63,767 nucleotides of DNA, taken from positions 1-63,767 of the IMG/VR virus record IMGVR_UViG_3300010354_000086. The stretch is one strand, 5' to 3'. Position numbers and translations under genes: made by a program. The notes beneath the pieces are model-generated. The model was not told where the DNA came from. It searched no databases and worked only from the letters and a program-made list of their open reading frames with translations. Below are positions 39,321 to 49,570 of this stretch, one piece after another; position 1 is the first letter of the stretch, and each line of letters begins with the position of its first letter. The stretch comes from a virus (taxonomy: Duplodnaviria; Caudoviricetes).

Positions 39321-40379
39321 ATGGCAACAAAACCTTTTGATCTTACTAAATTTCGTAAGACTTTAACAAAAAGCATTGACGGGCTAGGAGTAGGGTTTAA
39401 CGACCCTACTGATTGGATATCGACTGGAAATTATGCTTTAAATTATCTTATTAGCAGTGATTTTAACAAAGGAATACCTTTAGGTAAGGTAACTGTGTTT
39501 GCAGGAGAAAGTGGTGCAGGAAAGAGTTATATTTGTTCCGGAAATGTAATTAAAAATGCACAACAACAGGGAATCTTTGTAGTTCTCGTTGATTCGGAAA
39601 ATGCACTAGACAAAGAATGGTTAGAAAATCTTGGTGTTGATACTAGTGAAGAAAAACTTCTTAAACTCAATATGGCTATGATTGACGATGTGGCGAAAAC
39701 AATTAGCGAGTTTATGAAAGAATACAAGGCCATGCCAGAAGATGCTAAACCTAAAGTTCTATTCGTAATTGACAGTTTAGGTATGTTAATGACACCGACC
39801 GATGTTGACCAATTCGATAAAGGTGACCTAAAAGGTGACATGGGTCGTAAGCCCAAGGCACTGACAGCATTGGTTCGTAATTGTGTTAATATGTTTGGCA
39901 GTCACAATGTTGGTCTGGTCTGCACCAATCATACCTATGCCAGTCAAGACATGTTTGATCCAGATGATAAAATTTCAGGTGGTCAAGGTTTTATCTATGC
40001 GTCATCAATTGTTGTGGCAATGAAAAAACTCAAACTCAAAGAGGATGAGGATGGTAATAAGACTTCTGATGTACTAGGTATTCGTTCAGCCTGTAAAATC
40101 ATGAAAACTCGCTATGCTAAACCTTTTGAAAGTGTTCAGGTCAAGATTCCCTATTCAACAGGCATGAATCCTTATAGCGGTCTAGTAGATATGTTTGAAA
40201 AGCAAGGTCTACTAGTTCAACAAGGTAATCGATTAAAATTTGTTGATAGTTCAGGCCAAGAGCATTTATATTATCGAAAAGAATGGAAAGATGATAAATT
40301 AGATATGATAATGAAAGACTATGGTAATCATAACTTGAATGTCATTCCGATAGATCAGGAGGAAATTGTAAATGAATGA
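39321..40379 (+). CDS. uvsX: RecA-like recombinase UvsX
   Basis: STG..LN..G.P.GK..FAGESGAGKS, DSENA, VIDSLG, TNHTY, SGG.GF.YASS. Confidence 0.93.
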   Translation: MATKPFDLTKFRKTLTKSIDGLGVGFNDPTDWISTGNYALNYLISSDFNKGIPLGKVTVFAGESGAGKSYICSGNVIKNAQQQGIFVVLVDSENALDKEWLENLGVDTSEEKLLKLNMAMIDDVAKTISEFMKEYKAMPEDAKPKVLFVIDSLGMLMTPTDVDQFDKGDLKGDMGRKPKALTALVRNCVNMFGSHNVGLVCTNHTYASQDMFDPDDKISGGQGFIYASSIVVAMKKLKLKEDEDGNKTSDVLGIRSACKIMKTRYAKPFESVQVKIPYSTGMNPYSGLVDMFEKQGLLVQQGNRLKFVDSSGQEHLYYRKEWKDDKLDMIMKDYGNHNLNVIPIDQEEIVNE

Positions 40380-40617
40380 AGAGATGATTGTTGACATCTG
40401 GAACGGTGTTAAAGAGTATATTGATAAAAAACAAATTGAAACTGCTGCTAGTCGATTTGTCGATGTGCTAGTTGACAATGGTGTTGATGATGATACTTTA
40501 AACGGATTAGTTGGTAGTTGTGAATTCTTAGATGAAGCTATTGAATATTATCTTGAAGAAAATGAAGATGAGCTCGATGACGAAGATGACGATGACTGGG
40601 ACTATGAAGAAGAATAA
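40372..40617 (+). CDS. Small very acidic hypothetical protein
   Basis: 81 aa, D/E-rich C-terminus, SD AGGAGG. Confidence 0.7.
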   Translation: MNEEMIVDIWNGVKEYIDKKQIETAASRFVDVLVDNGVDDDTLNGLVGSCEFLDEAIEYYLEENEDELDDEDDDDWDYEEE

Positions 40618-40620
40618 ACA

Positions 40621-41076
40621 ATGAATTGGTACTCTAAGATTGCTAATGATATTTCTTATATACCTGATGCTATAAGCTACTATGAAAATGAACTTATTTC
40701 AGCAAGGGGTGAGGTTAAAATTACTGGAAGTATCGAAAAAGCAGCAGCTACTATGCCAGGTGTTGTTGAACACCGATACGGACAATTACAGGAAATAGAA
40801 GCAATTTTAGAGTACCTTAACATTGAGTTTAGGCGATTAAAAAGTCAATATTTCAAAAAATATCTAGAGAATTATCAAAGAGCTCTTAGTAGTAGAGACT
40901 GCGAACGATATGTCGAGGGCGAATCAGATGTAGTTGATATGGAAAAGATTATCAATGATTTTGCCTTACTAAGAAATAAGTGGCTTGGAATTACTAAAGC
41001 ATTAGATCAAAAACAATGGATGATCACTAATATTGTTAAACTCAGAGTTGCAGGCATGGAGGATGCAACTTTGTAA
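40621..41076 (+). CDS. uvsY: Recombination mediator UvsY-like
   Basis: Helical 151 aa after uvsX; Y..YV.GE.DV..K.LD.K.W...N..KLR pattern. Confidence 0.7.
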   Translation: MNWYSKIANDISYIPDAISYYENELISARGEVKITGSIEKAAATMPGVVEHRYGQLQEIEAILEYLNIEFRRLKSQYFKKYLENYQRALSSRDCERYVEGESDVVDMEKIINDFALLRNKWLGITKALDQKQWMITNIVKLRVAGMEDATL

Positions 41077-41084
41077 ATAAGACT

Positions 41085-41831
41085 ATGAAAATAGTCTTAG
41101 CTACAGGCGGATTCGATCCATTACATTCAGGGCACATTAAATATCTACAAGATGCCCGTAAACTCGGTGATAGGTTAATTATAGGGTTAAACTCAGATGC
41201 ATGGCTTGAGCGAAAAAAAGGTCGAGCCTTTATGCCATTTGCTGAGCGACAATCAGTTCTCTCTGCGTTAGACTGCACAGGTTATGTTGTTTCTTTTGAC
41301 GACAGTGATGGAAGCGCAATTAAGTTTTTAGAAGATATTAAAAAAAGCTATCCTTATGCAGAAATTATTTTTGCTAATGGTGGTGACAGAAATGCTACAA
41401 ATATTCCTGAAATGAGCGTGGAAGGAATTAAGTTTGAGTTCGGTGTTGGCGGAAACACTAAGGTAAATTCTAGTAGCTGGATCTTAGATGACTGGAAAAC
41501 ATCGAAAACTAATCGAACATGGGGTTATTGGAGAGTTCTTAATAACAATTCTAACTATAAAATAAAAGAACTAGTAATAAATCCAAAAGAAAGCATATCT
41601 TTTCAACGACATCAACATCGAAATGAGCACTGGTATATTTTAAAAGGATCCTGCCTAATTAAAACAGAGTATTTAAATGTCGAGTCAACTGTTCATAAAG
41701 AACCTCATTCAACTTATGTTATAGGACGAGGAGTTTGGCACCAAATACAGAATAACTCTAATGAACCCTGTCACATTTTAGAAGTCCAATACGGTGACCA
41801 ATGTGTAGAAGAGGATATTGAACGAAGATGA
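41085..41831 (+). CDS. Cytidylyltransferase-like domain fused to cupin (mannose-6-P isomerase type)
   Basis: GGFDPLHSGH (HxGH), GLNSD.WL.RKKG, FANGGDR, SSS; C-terminal R.WG..SFQRH.HR.EHW..H.I.N..ILEVQYG..EEDIER. Confidence 0.88.
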   Translation: MKIVLATGGFDPLHSGHIKYLQDARKLGDRLIIGLNSDAWLERKKGRAFMPFAERQSVLSALDCTGYVVSFDDSDGSAIKFLEDIKKSYPYAEIIFANGGDRNATNIPEMSVEGIKFEFGVGGNTKVNSSSWILDDWKTSKTNRTWGYWRVLNNNSNYKIKELVINPKESISFQRHQHRNEHWYILKGSCLIKTEYLNVESTVHKEPHSTYVIGRGVWHQIQNNSNEPCHILEVQYGDQCVEEDIERR

Positions 41832-43732
41832 AAATCTTTATCGGATGGGATTCAAGAGAAGATATAGCGTATCAAGTCTGCAAGTACAGTATCGAAAAAA
41901 ACGCATCTATTCCTGTTGAAGTAATTCCCTTAAAACAATCGGATCTTAGAAAGCAGAATCTTTATTGGAGAGAAGTTGATCAGCTAGCATCTACTGAATT
42001 CACATTTACAAGATTTTTAGTTCCTTATCTTAGTAACTATACAGGTTGGGTTGTATTTGCTGATTGCGATTTTTTATGGGTCGACGATATTAAGAAATTA
42101 CTAGATCTAGCCGATCCTAAGTATGCAGTAATGGTAGTACAGCATAACTATCAACCAACTGAATCTTTAAAAATGGATGGTCAGAAGCAGCTACCTTATC
42201 CAAGAAAAAACTGGAGCTCGATGATACTATGGAATTGTGATCATCCTAGTAACAAGACATTAACTCTAGAAAAAGTTAACACAGAATCAGGATCTTATTT
42301 ACATAGATTTCAATGGTTAAAAGACGAAGAAATCGGTAATTTATCTTATGAATGGAATTGGTTAGTTAATTGGTATCATGAGAACCCTAAGCAATGGATA
42401 GACTTTTCTGTAGTTGACAAGAATGTTGAACGAATCTTAAGAAGATACGGTTTTAACTTTGATCTTGAAAGAAACAGATTCTTAGTATCGTCGTCAGATT
42501 ATCAAAATATACTTAATATAGTTAAAACAAAACAATTTATTAAAGTTTACGGCAAAGAGTTTATTAAAGATAAAAAAATCATCTTAGATGATACTGGAAT
42601 AATTAAACCTAAAGCGATACACTATACTGAAGGAGGTCCATGGTTTAACAACTATGAATTTTGCGATTATTCTGGTGAATGGAAACAGTATATGAGAGAA
42701 TACAAAGCTAAGGATTTAGATATAACTGCCATTATAAGATCTAAGCAACCTCTTGATTTTGACCAAATTGAAAAAGAATTCAAAAAGAAAGCTTATAATC
42801 TTTTTGTTGAAGTTTGTAAAAATGAAGCAATTGTTAACAAAAAAGAAAATGATCCTGAACTTGTAAAAAATGATATCTGGGACTACAAACGATTTGTTAA
42901 AAAAACTATGAACATGATGTTAGAAACTGATTATCCTGCAATGGTGGTTGCCGCAGCTAGAAATAGTAAATTAGTTCACGCCAAACGATTTCAATACGAA
43001 AAAGAAAACATTCCAGGACCATATGTTATTAGAGGTATTGCTAGTAAAGATCTTATTGAATACGCTGTAGAAACAAAGCAAGATTACTATTTTATCGAAA
43101 CAGGCTACTTTGGAAATTATGCCAATCATTATAACATTGGTGCTAAAAAATTATTTCACAGATTAGCAAAAAATAATATGCAACAGGAATACATCTTAGA
43201 TGTACCTGATGACCGATGGAAGCTTCTTAGTTATCTAGAACCTAAATTAGAATGGACAGGATGGAAAAAAAATGGAAGGAAAGTATTATTAATAGCACCA
43301 AGTCAAAAACCCTGCCAATTCTATAACATTGATAAAGACAAGTGGATTAGTGACACTATCGACAAAATTAAAGAAAATACTGATAGGCCGATTGAAGTGA
43401 GAGAAAAGGCTCTTCGAAGAGAAAGAACAGATAGCAGTATATACGAAGCATTTGACGATGATGTATTTTGTATAGTAACTTATAACAGCATTGCAGCCGT
43501 AGAAGCTATTGCATATGGCATACCTGCATTTGCTCTTGCTCCAACTGCTGCTAAACATCTTGCATCTGATGACCTTACTAAAATAGAATCTCCCTACTAC
43601 CCCGACTCAGGACTTGTACAAAAATGGTGTCATAGTTTAGCCTACGGTCAATTTCATGTTAATGAATTGATTAACGGGACTGCGTTACAAACATTATTAA
43701 ATCACGACAAATATAAGAAAATTTACCAATGA
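41828..43732 (+). CDS. GT-A glycosyltransferase fused to capsule-synthesis-like (GT-B) domain
   Basis: IFIGWDSRE, STEFTFTRFLVP, DCD, YPRKNWSS, HYTEGGPW; C-terminal W..G.KVL..TDRPI.VR.K..VTYNS.AAVEA..GIP.F. Confidence 0.8.
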   Translation: MKIFIGWDSREDIAYQVCKYSIEKNASIPVEVIPLKQSDLRKQNLYWREVDQLASTEFTFTRFLVPYLSNYTGWVVFADCDFLWVDDIKKLLDLADPKYAVMVVQHNYQPTESLKMDGQKQLPYPRKNWSSMILWNCDHPSNKTLTLEKVNTESGSYLHRFQWLKDEEIGNLSYEWNWLVNWYHENPKQWIDFSVVDKNVERILRRYGFNFDLERNRFLVSSSDYQNILNIVKTKQFIKVYGKEFIKDKKIILDDTGIIKPKAIHYTEGGPWFNNYEFCDYSGEWKQYMREYKAKDLDITAIIRSKQPLDFDQIEKEFKKKAYNLFVEVCKNEAIVNKKENDPELVKNDIWDYKRFVKKTMNMMLETDYPAMVVAAARNSKLVHAKRFQYEKENIPGPYVIRGIASKDLIEYAVETKQDYYFIETGYFGNYANHYNIGAKKLFHRLAKNNMQQEYILDVPDDRWKLLSYLEPKLEWTGWKKNGRKVLLIAPSQKPCQFYNIDKDKWISDTIDKIKENTDRPIEVREKALRRERTDSSIYEAFDDDVFCIVTYNSIAAVEAIAYGIPAFALAPTAAKHLASDDLTKIESPYYPDSGLVQKWCHSLAYGQFHVNELINGTALQTLLNHDKYKKIYQ

Positions 43733-44493
43733 ATCTTATATACCAAGTATATGTTGGGGATCGGAATCCTTTATATGATATTTGTTGTAAATCAGTTAAT
43801 GATTATGCACAAAGGATTGGAGCCGAACATATTATACAGCGAGAACCAATTCTTAAAATACGACCAATAGAAAGCCATCGAAGTCTTGAAGCTGTAGAAA
43901 GACTAGGGTACTTACCGATTTACGAAAAAGAAAATGCATTTGATCTGTTAAAAGCCTTTGAAAAAATTCTTATACTTGATAGTGATATTTTTGTTAAACC
44001 TACTGCTCCTGACATTTTTAATGAGATAGAATCTTATGATTTTGCAGGTGTAGTTGAAAGAGAGATGCCGATTACAAAAAAATATGCCCATAAAATCAAG
44101 AAATATAGCGAAGGACAATATCGTCCTTTAGTGAATGAAGCTGATTTCTTATGGAATGGACTAGGTGCTGAATTTTTTAATATGGGACTAATGCTTTGTA
44201 ATAAATCTTTACGAAACTATCTTAATAATGAAACTGCTAAACAATTTATAACAAGAAAAGAATTTGAAAGATTTGTTAACGGAGAGGGAGCTTGGAAGTG
44301 GAGTACTGATCAAACTTTGTTAAATTTTTGGATTAAAAAGTATAAGATTAATTCAAAACATCTAAACTGGAAGTGGAACGCATTGTATAGGGGAATTGAA
44401 GATAGTCTACTAAAAGATGCTTACTTCGTACACTTTTTTCTTAGCAGTTATATTGAAGACCCAATCGATCAAATTATTAAAGAAATTTTATGA
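43729..44493 (+). CDS. Glycosyltransferase (GT8-like)
   Basis: ILILDSDI (DxD), FFNMG, DQTLLN, WKWN, FVHFF. Confidence 0.8.
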   Translation: MNLIYQVYVGDRNPLYDICCKSVNDYAQRIGAEHIIQREPILKIRPIESHRSLEAVERLGYLPIYEKENAFDLLKAFEKILILDSDIFVKPTAPDIFNEIESYDFAGVVEREMPITKKYAHKIKKYSEGQYRPLVNEADFLWNGLGAEFFNMGLMLCNKSLRNYLNNETAKQFITRKEFERFVNGEGAWKWSTDQTLLNFWIKKYKINSKHLNWKWNALYRGIEDSLLKDAYFVHFFLSSYIEDPIDQIIKEIL

Positions 44494-45182
44494 AAGCATT
44501 TGTCATTACTATTCGTAATCATGAATACTCAGAATTATGTGCAGATAGATGCGTGCTTAGTGCAAAATCTCATAACATTGAAGTAGAAAAATTCTATGGA
44601 GTGAATAAACATAACGCCTATGTTTATCTCGATGATTATCAGTTATCATGGGGTTGGGCTGATAATAACACTAAAAAACGAATCTGTAATCATACAGGAT
44701 TACAACAGTTTCCATATACCACAAATGATCTAAGATCTAAAATAGCTTGTAGCCTAAGTCACTTCCTTTTATGGAAAAAATGTGTAGATCTTAATGAATC
44801 AATATTAATTTTAGAACATGATGCAGTTTTTATTCGGGAATTACCTGAAATTAATTTTTATGGCGCTATTCAGATTAATGATCCTAATAAGGGCGGATAT
44901 AAAGGAAAATGGCATAGTAATTTTATGATTAAGAGAGGGACTACAGGAGTGCATCCACTAACAAGGAAGCGTGAAGAAGCTAGCTTAATCCCTGACGGAT
45001 TTAGTGGAGCAAGTGCATATATAATAAAACCTTGGGCAGCTAAAGAATTTATCAATGCATTTCATAAATACGGTGTGTGGCCGAATGACGCAACAATTTG
45101 TCTACAACTATTTCCATGGCTAGAAGAATATTACCCTTTTATTACTCAAGTGCAACAAACACAGTCAACAAGTAAACAATAA
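44490..45182 (+). CDS. Glycosyltransferase family 25-like
   Basis: AFVITI, ACSLSH..LWKKC, ILILEHDA, GASAYII.P.AAK. Confidence 0.85.
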   Translation: MKAFVITIRNHEYSELCADRCVLSAKSHNIEVEKFYGVNKHNAYVYLDDYQLSWGWADNNTKKRICNHTGLQQFPYTTNDLRSKIACSLSHFLLWKKCVDLNESILILEHDAVFIRELPEINFYGAIQINDPNKGGYKGKWHSNFMIKRGTTGVHPLTRKREEASLIPDGFSGASAYIIKPWAAKEFINAFHKYGVWPNDATICLQLFPWLEEYYPFITQVQQTQSTSKQ

Positions 45183-45183
45183 T

Positions 45184-45756
45184 ATGATGTACGGAAAAAA
45201 TCTAGATTCGGAAGAAACCTGGAAACGAATTCCAGAAAACAGCACAGGTGTAGAAATAGGTGTTTGGAAGGGGCGATCTTCTGAAAAATTTTTAAAGAAA
45301 GCAAAATTCTTACATTTAGTAGACAGTTGGAGCGTTATTCCGTATACAAATAACGACGAGCATGGAAGTTATGAAAATTATCTCTCAAGGTATGAGACAC
45401 TTGTTGGGTCAAAAAATCCAACAGATTTTCAAAAATTCTATGATAACATTTATCTTAGTGTCCAGACAAAATTTAAAAATAAGCCAGTAAAAATACATCG
45501 AATGACCAGCAAAGAGTTCTTTGATTCATTTAATGAACAAGTAGATTGGGTGTATGTTGACGCAGACCATAGTTATGAAGGGTGTTTATTTGATTTAAAC
45601 AACAGTTTAAAAATTATAAGGTCTGGGGGATATATTTTTGGGGATGATTATACAAATAAGCCTGGTGTTAAAAAAGCAGTTGATCAATTTATACTAGAAA
45701 CAGGCCTAATACTTAATAAGTTCTACGGTAGTCAATACGAAATAAAGGTTAACTAA
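45184..45756 (+). CDS. Class I SAM-dependent methyltransferase
   Basis: VEIGVWKG.S, LVDSW, DWVYVDADHSYE, GG...GDDY, PGVKKAV. Confidence 0.88.
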   Translation: MMYGKNLDSEETWKRIPENSTGVEIGVWKGRSSEKFLKKAKFLHLVDSWSVIPYTNNDEHGSYENYLSRYETLVGSKNPTDFQKFYDNIYLSVQTKFKNKPVKIHRMTSKEFFDSFNEQVDWVYVDADHSYEGCLFDLNNSLKIIRSGGYIFGDDYTNKPGVKKAVDQFILETGLILNKFYGSQYEIKVN

Positions 45757-46280
45757 TGCATCCAAGCAGTCTACAGAACATGTTAGCAGTAAGATCTAAT
45801 TATCTTTTTAATCTTAAAGAAAATTTAACAATATTAGACGTCGGTGGGAGAGGTCTTGACAATGATCGGTCATACAAAATCGTGTTCGAAGACTTACGAC
45901 CGAAATACTTCATAGCTGATATTGTAGATGGACTAGGTGTTACACATGTTATGCCTGGACCTTATTCTATACCATTACCAGATGCTTCTGTTGACCTTGT
46001 AGTATCAGGGCAAATGTTAGAACATTGTTCTAATCCATTTAAAAGTGTTAATGAGATGAAACGGGTTCTTAAAAAAGGTTCCTTTATAGTTCTAATTGCA
46101 CCAAGTTCAGGACCAAAGCATGACGATCAAGACTGTTGGAGATTCGTAGACGACGCATTTAAAGCTATTGCTGAGGACATTGGCGGAATTGATATTATAG
46201 CAGATTGGATCACTAAAGATGCAACTGATGATCGAAGTCGAAAATGGCAAGATCATGTATTTGTGGGTCGAAAAAGATGA
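45756..46280 (+). CDS. Class I SAM-dependent methyltransferase
   Basis: ILDVGG, DLVVSGQMLEH..PF..EMKRVLK.G..IAP. Confidence 0.88.
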   Translation: MHPSSLQNMLAVRSNYLFNLKENLTILDVGGRGLDNDRSYKIVFEDLRPKYFIADIVDGLGVTHVMPGPYSIPLPDASVDLVVSGQMLEHCSNPFKSVNEMKRVLKKGSFIVLIAPSSGPKHDDQDCWRFVDDAFKAIAEDIGGIDIIADWITKDATDDRSRKWQDHVFVGRKR

Positions 46281-47218
46281 AAGTTTATTGTTTTCGTAGT
46301 AGTATACCACCAAATATTAACACTAAAGAAAAAACAGACATTATTAACTTTTTTCATGAAGGTGTTATTGCTGTAGGCGATCAAAGTAAAGTAATATCTG
46401 AACAAACTTATGATAATTGTGATGTAGGTCTGATTATTGGAAGTTATAACAGTCAAAATCCCACAAAAACTCGACTACCGCACTATCATGTGAGAAAATC
46501 AGTAGTTGAACAGCAATTATCTAGAGGTCAGTATTATGTTTCTGCTGATAGTAATGTGTTCATTTACCTTAACAAAGAAAATCCTAAGCATTATCTTCGG
46601 TATAGTTTCAACGGGGTAAATCCTGCTGAAGGAATTTATTGTAACAATCGATGGACTGATGACAATTGGAACAATATTCAAAGAGATTACGGAATTAATT
46701 TAAAACCTTGGAGAAAAAATGGTAATCATATACTAGTATGCTGTCAAAGACCTTTGGGATGGAGTATGAGAGGTTTAAATTTAGAGACATGGCTCGATCG
46801 AACTATTCGAAAAATTAAAAAAAATACCGATCGACCGATTTTAGTTAGATGGCACCCAGGCGACCCGAAAAGTTTTCCAGAATGGCAGAAAAAAATAGCC
46901 AAATTTGGAGTTATAATTAGTCCTACTAGTAGGCATATCACAGAAGATCTTAAAAAGGCTCATGCAGTGGTTTGCCATAACAGCACACCGAGTTCTGTAG
47001 CTGCAATTGAAGGAGTTCCGTCATTTATTACTGATGAACCGAGGTTCAGCATGGCAGGAGATGTTGTAAACACAGATTTTACTCAATTAGAAACTCCAAT
47101 TTTTCCAGACCGAGAGCAATGGATTCGAAAACTAAGTCAGTGCCACTGGAGTTTCGATGATCTAAGGTCGGGGAGATGCTGGGCTTGGATGCGGCAATGG
47201 GTTACTGCTGCTCACTAA
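46277..47218 (+). CDS. Capsule-synthesis-like (GT-B) protein
   Basis: PWRKNG.HIL.CCQ, TDRPILVRWHP, VVCHNS..V.AAIEGVPSF; ATG 46277 overlaps the previous stop. Confidence 0.65.
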   Translation: MKVYCFRSSIPPNINTKEKTDIINFFHEGVIAVGDQSKVISEQTYDNCDVGLIIGSYNSQNPTKTRLPHYHVRKSVVEQQLSRGQYYVSADSNVFIYLNKENPKHYLRYSFNGVNPAEGIYCNNRWTDDNWNNIQRDYGINLKPWRKNGNHILVCCQRPLGWSMRGLNLETWLDRTIRKIKKNTDRPILVRWHPGDPKSFPEWQKKIAKFGVIISPTSRHITEDLKKAHAVVCHNSTPSSVAAIEGVPSFITDEPRFSMAGDVVNTDFTQLETPIFPDREQWIRKLSQCHWSFDDLRSGRCWAWMRQWVTAAH

Positions 47219-47816
47219 GGTTCCAAGTAAAACTATCTTTATGTTTTTCCCATTTAGTTTTATTCTCGTTTTGTTGTCTAACAAAACTATGAGTATCGCA
47301 GGTAATATCTAGAACTTTATCACCAAGAATTACATCAGCTGGCAATGCCCCATTCATCTCAATCCAGGATAAAATTTTTCGAGCTCCTCGAGGCTTTAAT
47401 ATGTAAGCTCTTGCTCCCTCATACCAGTGTCCTGCAGGGCGGCTTTTCTTTAATTCAAATCCTTCAAGTCTTAAAATATCGTCAAACTTCGCAAACTCTT
47501 CAGCTTCCCTTATAAATTCAATATCGTGTTCAAATATACCGATAGGATCATTTCCTTTAGCACACATTTTCCATAACTGATAATGGCTTAAGAAGCAACC
47601 TCGAACTCCTGGTCTTTCCATCATTTCTCTAGTTTTACGATCTTCCTCACAGATTTTTATATTATAATCGTCAAGACCATGATTACCGAGTAAATTTCCA
47701 TTAATACCCGGAAATAACTCAACAGCCCACCCATATTTTGCTGCTGATCTAACTGCTCGTTCAGCATAGTCTTGACTCGTTCGAAAATCACTAAGGTAAA
47801 TTATAAAATTACGCAT
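47202..47816 (-). CDS. Glycosyltransferase family 25-like
   Basis: FIIYL, GCFLSHY.LW..C, IFEHD, GARAYIL.P.GA.K, PAD; start taken at MRNF. Confidence 0.82.
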   Translation of the reverse strand: MRNFIIYLSDFRTSQDYAERAVRSAAKYGWAVELFPGINGNLLGNHGLDDYNIKICEEDRKTREMMERPGVRGCFLSHYQLWKMCAKGNDPIGIFEHDIEFIREAEEFAKFDDILRLEGFELKKSRPAGHWYEGARAYILKPRGARKILSWIEMNGALPADVILGDKVLDITCDTHSFVRQQNENKTKWEKHKDSFTWNLSEQQ

Positions 47817-48636
47817 ACTTTTTAATTTCAGACATGAATATAGGTAAGTGTTTCCTTTTACCTTTAGCGCTCCATATAGCACTCTCTGGTCTCATTTGCC
47901 AATCGATATAGGTTATAGGTAATATTCCTTTTTTATATGACGGAATCGCAGAATCTAGGCATTCTTGATCAAGAAACCAGTAGATGTTATTATTTTCAAT
48001 TTGAATTTTGATTCTTTCAGCTAAATCTCTAATAAAATTTAGTGATCCGACCTTGTCAGTATATAAGATAGCACCAGCTAAATGACCATTTTTATTCATT
48101 TGACCGGTTTTTGGGTCTTTTTTCTCTTTTTCATAAAGATAAAAATCTCGTTTTTCGTCGTCAGGAAAATCTACTTGGAAGTTTTTTCTTACAACACCAT
48201 CAACATCAATTTCTAAAAATCTTCTTGGTTCTCTAATTATCTCAGCTAGCCTTACAAACCGCATACAAGCATAATAGGTCTTAAAAATCCATGCAGTAAT
48301 GTCAGCACTATCAGAATATTGCTTTAACCCTATAGTTCTTTTTCTTCTACTTAGGAAAGGCTCAATTAAGTCTGGCTTATTCCAAAAATCAATTGCTTCT
48401 TTAAATAAATTTTTATCAAAGATTTCGTAGGTATAGCTGACTCGATCAGTCTTTTCTAAAAATTTTATTTGTTTATCAGTTGGATTGTATATGTGAAGGT
48501 GAATTCCAAACTTGGTATTTCGTAAAGTGCTGTTAATTAAAGGAATCCCGTACTGCTCGAAGTAAATAGAGTCAGCAGCGGCATAGATAAAAAATCCTTT
48601 TTGATCTAGAGATCCTTGTATTTTAGGTAGTATCAT
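47809..48636 (-). CDS. Putative nucleotide-sugar transferase-like protein
   Basis: YYACMRF, IDVDG (DxD), WFLDQ..L, W..KGKRK; TATAAATA at 48657-48664 on -. Confidence 0.55.
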   Translation of the reverse strand: MILPKIQGSLDQKGFFIYAAADSIYFEQYGIPLINSTLRNTKFGIHLHIYNPTDKQIKFLEKTDRVSYTYEIFDKNLFKEAIDFWNKPDLIEPFLSRRKRTIGLKQYSDSADITAWIFKTYYACMRFVRLAEIIREPRRFLEIDVDGVVRKNFQVDFPDDEKRDFYLYEKEKKDPKTGQMNKNGHLAGAILYTDKVGSLNFIRDLAERIKIQIENNNIYWFLDQECLDSAIPSYKKGILPITYIDWQMRPESAIWSAKGKRKHLPIFMSEIKKYA

Positions 48637-48666
48637 GGTTTATCTTTTAAGTCGAATATTTATAGT

Positions 48667-49536
48667 ATGAAAATCAGTATTTTTACAAAAAATGGAGCAC
48701 TAGGCAGTGATGTAGTTTTTAAATCTTTTGCCGAAGGGGCAAAAAAATTAAAATTCAAAGTCACGGAAAATGATATGAATGCTGATGCTGCCGTTATTTG
48801 GTCTGTACTGTGGCAAGGACGCATGAAAGACAACAAAACAGTATTTCATCATTATAAAAATCAAAAAAAACCAGTTTTTATTTTAGAAACAGGTCATTTT
48901 TTTAGAAGTCGAACTTGGAAATTTAGTTTGAACGGCACTAGTTATGATAATTTCCCTCATTTTAATTCCTCTGATATTAGTAGACTTAACCGATTAGGAA
49001 TAAAATTCAAAGAATGGCAGAAAAATGGTGAAAAAATCATCATTTGTCCTCAAAATCCTAATAGTCTTCAATGGTCTAAACAAGGAACTCCTGAAGACTG
49101 GGTTAATGAAGTTATAAAAGATATTAGAAAAGTTTCTGATCGATCAATAGTCATACGACCTCATCCGAGAGTAAACTTTAACTCATTAAAAATTACCGAA
49201 AAAACCGGTATTTTTTACGAAAAAGCTGAAAAAATACCAGGGACCATTGATTCAGTTGATTTCGAAAATTCAATTAAAAATGCTCATGCTGTAGTAAACT
49301 ATAACAGTGGACCTAGTGTAGTTTCTGCCTTGCATGGGATTCCGGTATTTTGTGATATTTCAAGCCCAGCAAGACCTATATCACACCAAAATTTAGAAAA
49401 AATCGAAGATCGACAATGGGTTGACAGAAAAGAATGGCTAAGCTGGATTAGCCACACTGAATGGCTCAAAGAAGAGATTGCTGAAGGTTTGCCGTTATCT
49501 CATTTTATCAAACACGGGTTAATACTTGACAATTAG
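48667..49536 (+). CDS. Capsule-synthesis-like (GT-B) protein
   Basis: ILETG, W..NG..I.ICPQ, SDRSIVIRPHP, VVNYNS..V...L.GIPVF; paralog of 46277 and of the C-domain of 41828. Confidence 0.65.
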   Translation: MKISIFTKNGALGSDVVFKSFAEGAKKLKFKVTENDMNADAAVIWSVLWQGRMKDNKTVFHHYKNQKKPVFILETGHFFRSRTWKFSLNGTSYDNFPHFNSSDISRLNRLGIKFKEWQKNGEKIIICPQNPNSLQWSKQGTPEDWVNEVIKDIRKVSDRSIVIRPHPRVNFNSLKITEKTGIFYEKAEKIPGTIDSVDFENSIKNAHAVVNYNSGPSVVSALHGIPVFCDISSPARPISHQNLEKIEDRQWVDRKEWLSWISHTEWLKEEIAEGLPLSHFIKHGLILDN

Positions 49537-49553
49537 ATTTTCTATGTTATAAT
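49526..49553 (+). promoter_or_regulatory. Consensus sigma70 promoter
   Basis: TTGACA-N16-TATAAT with extended TGn. Confidence 0.85.
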
Positions 49554-49570
49554 AGAAAAAAAGGCATTAT

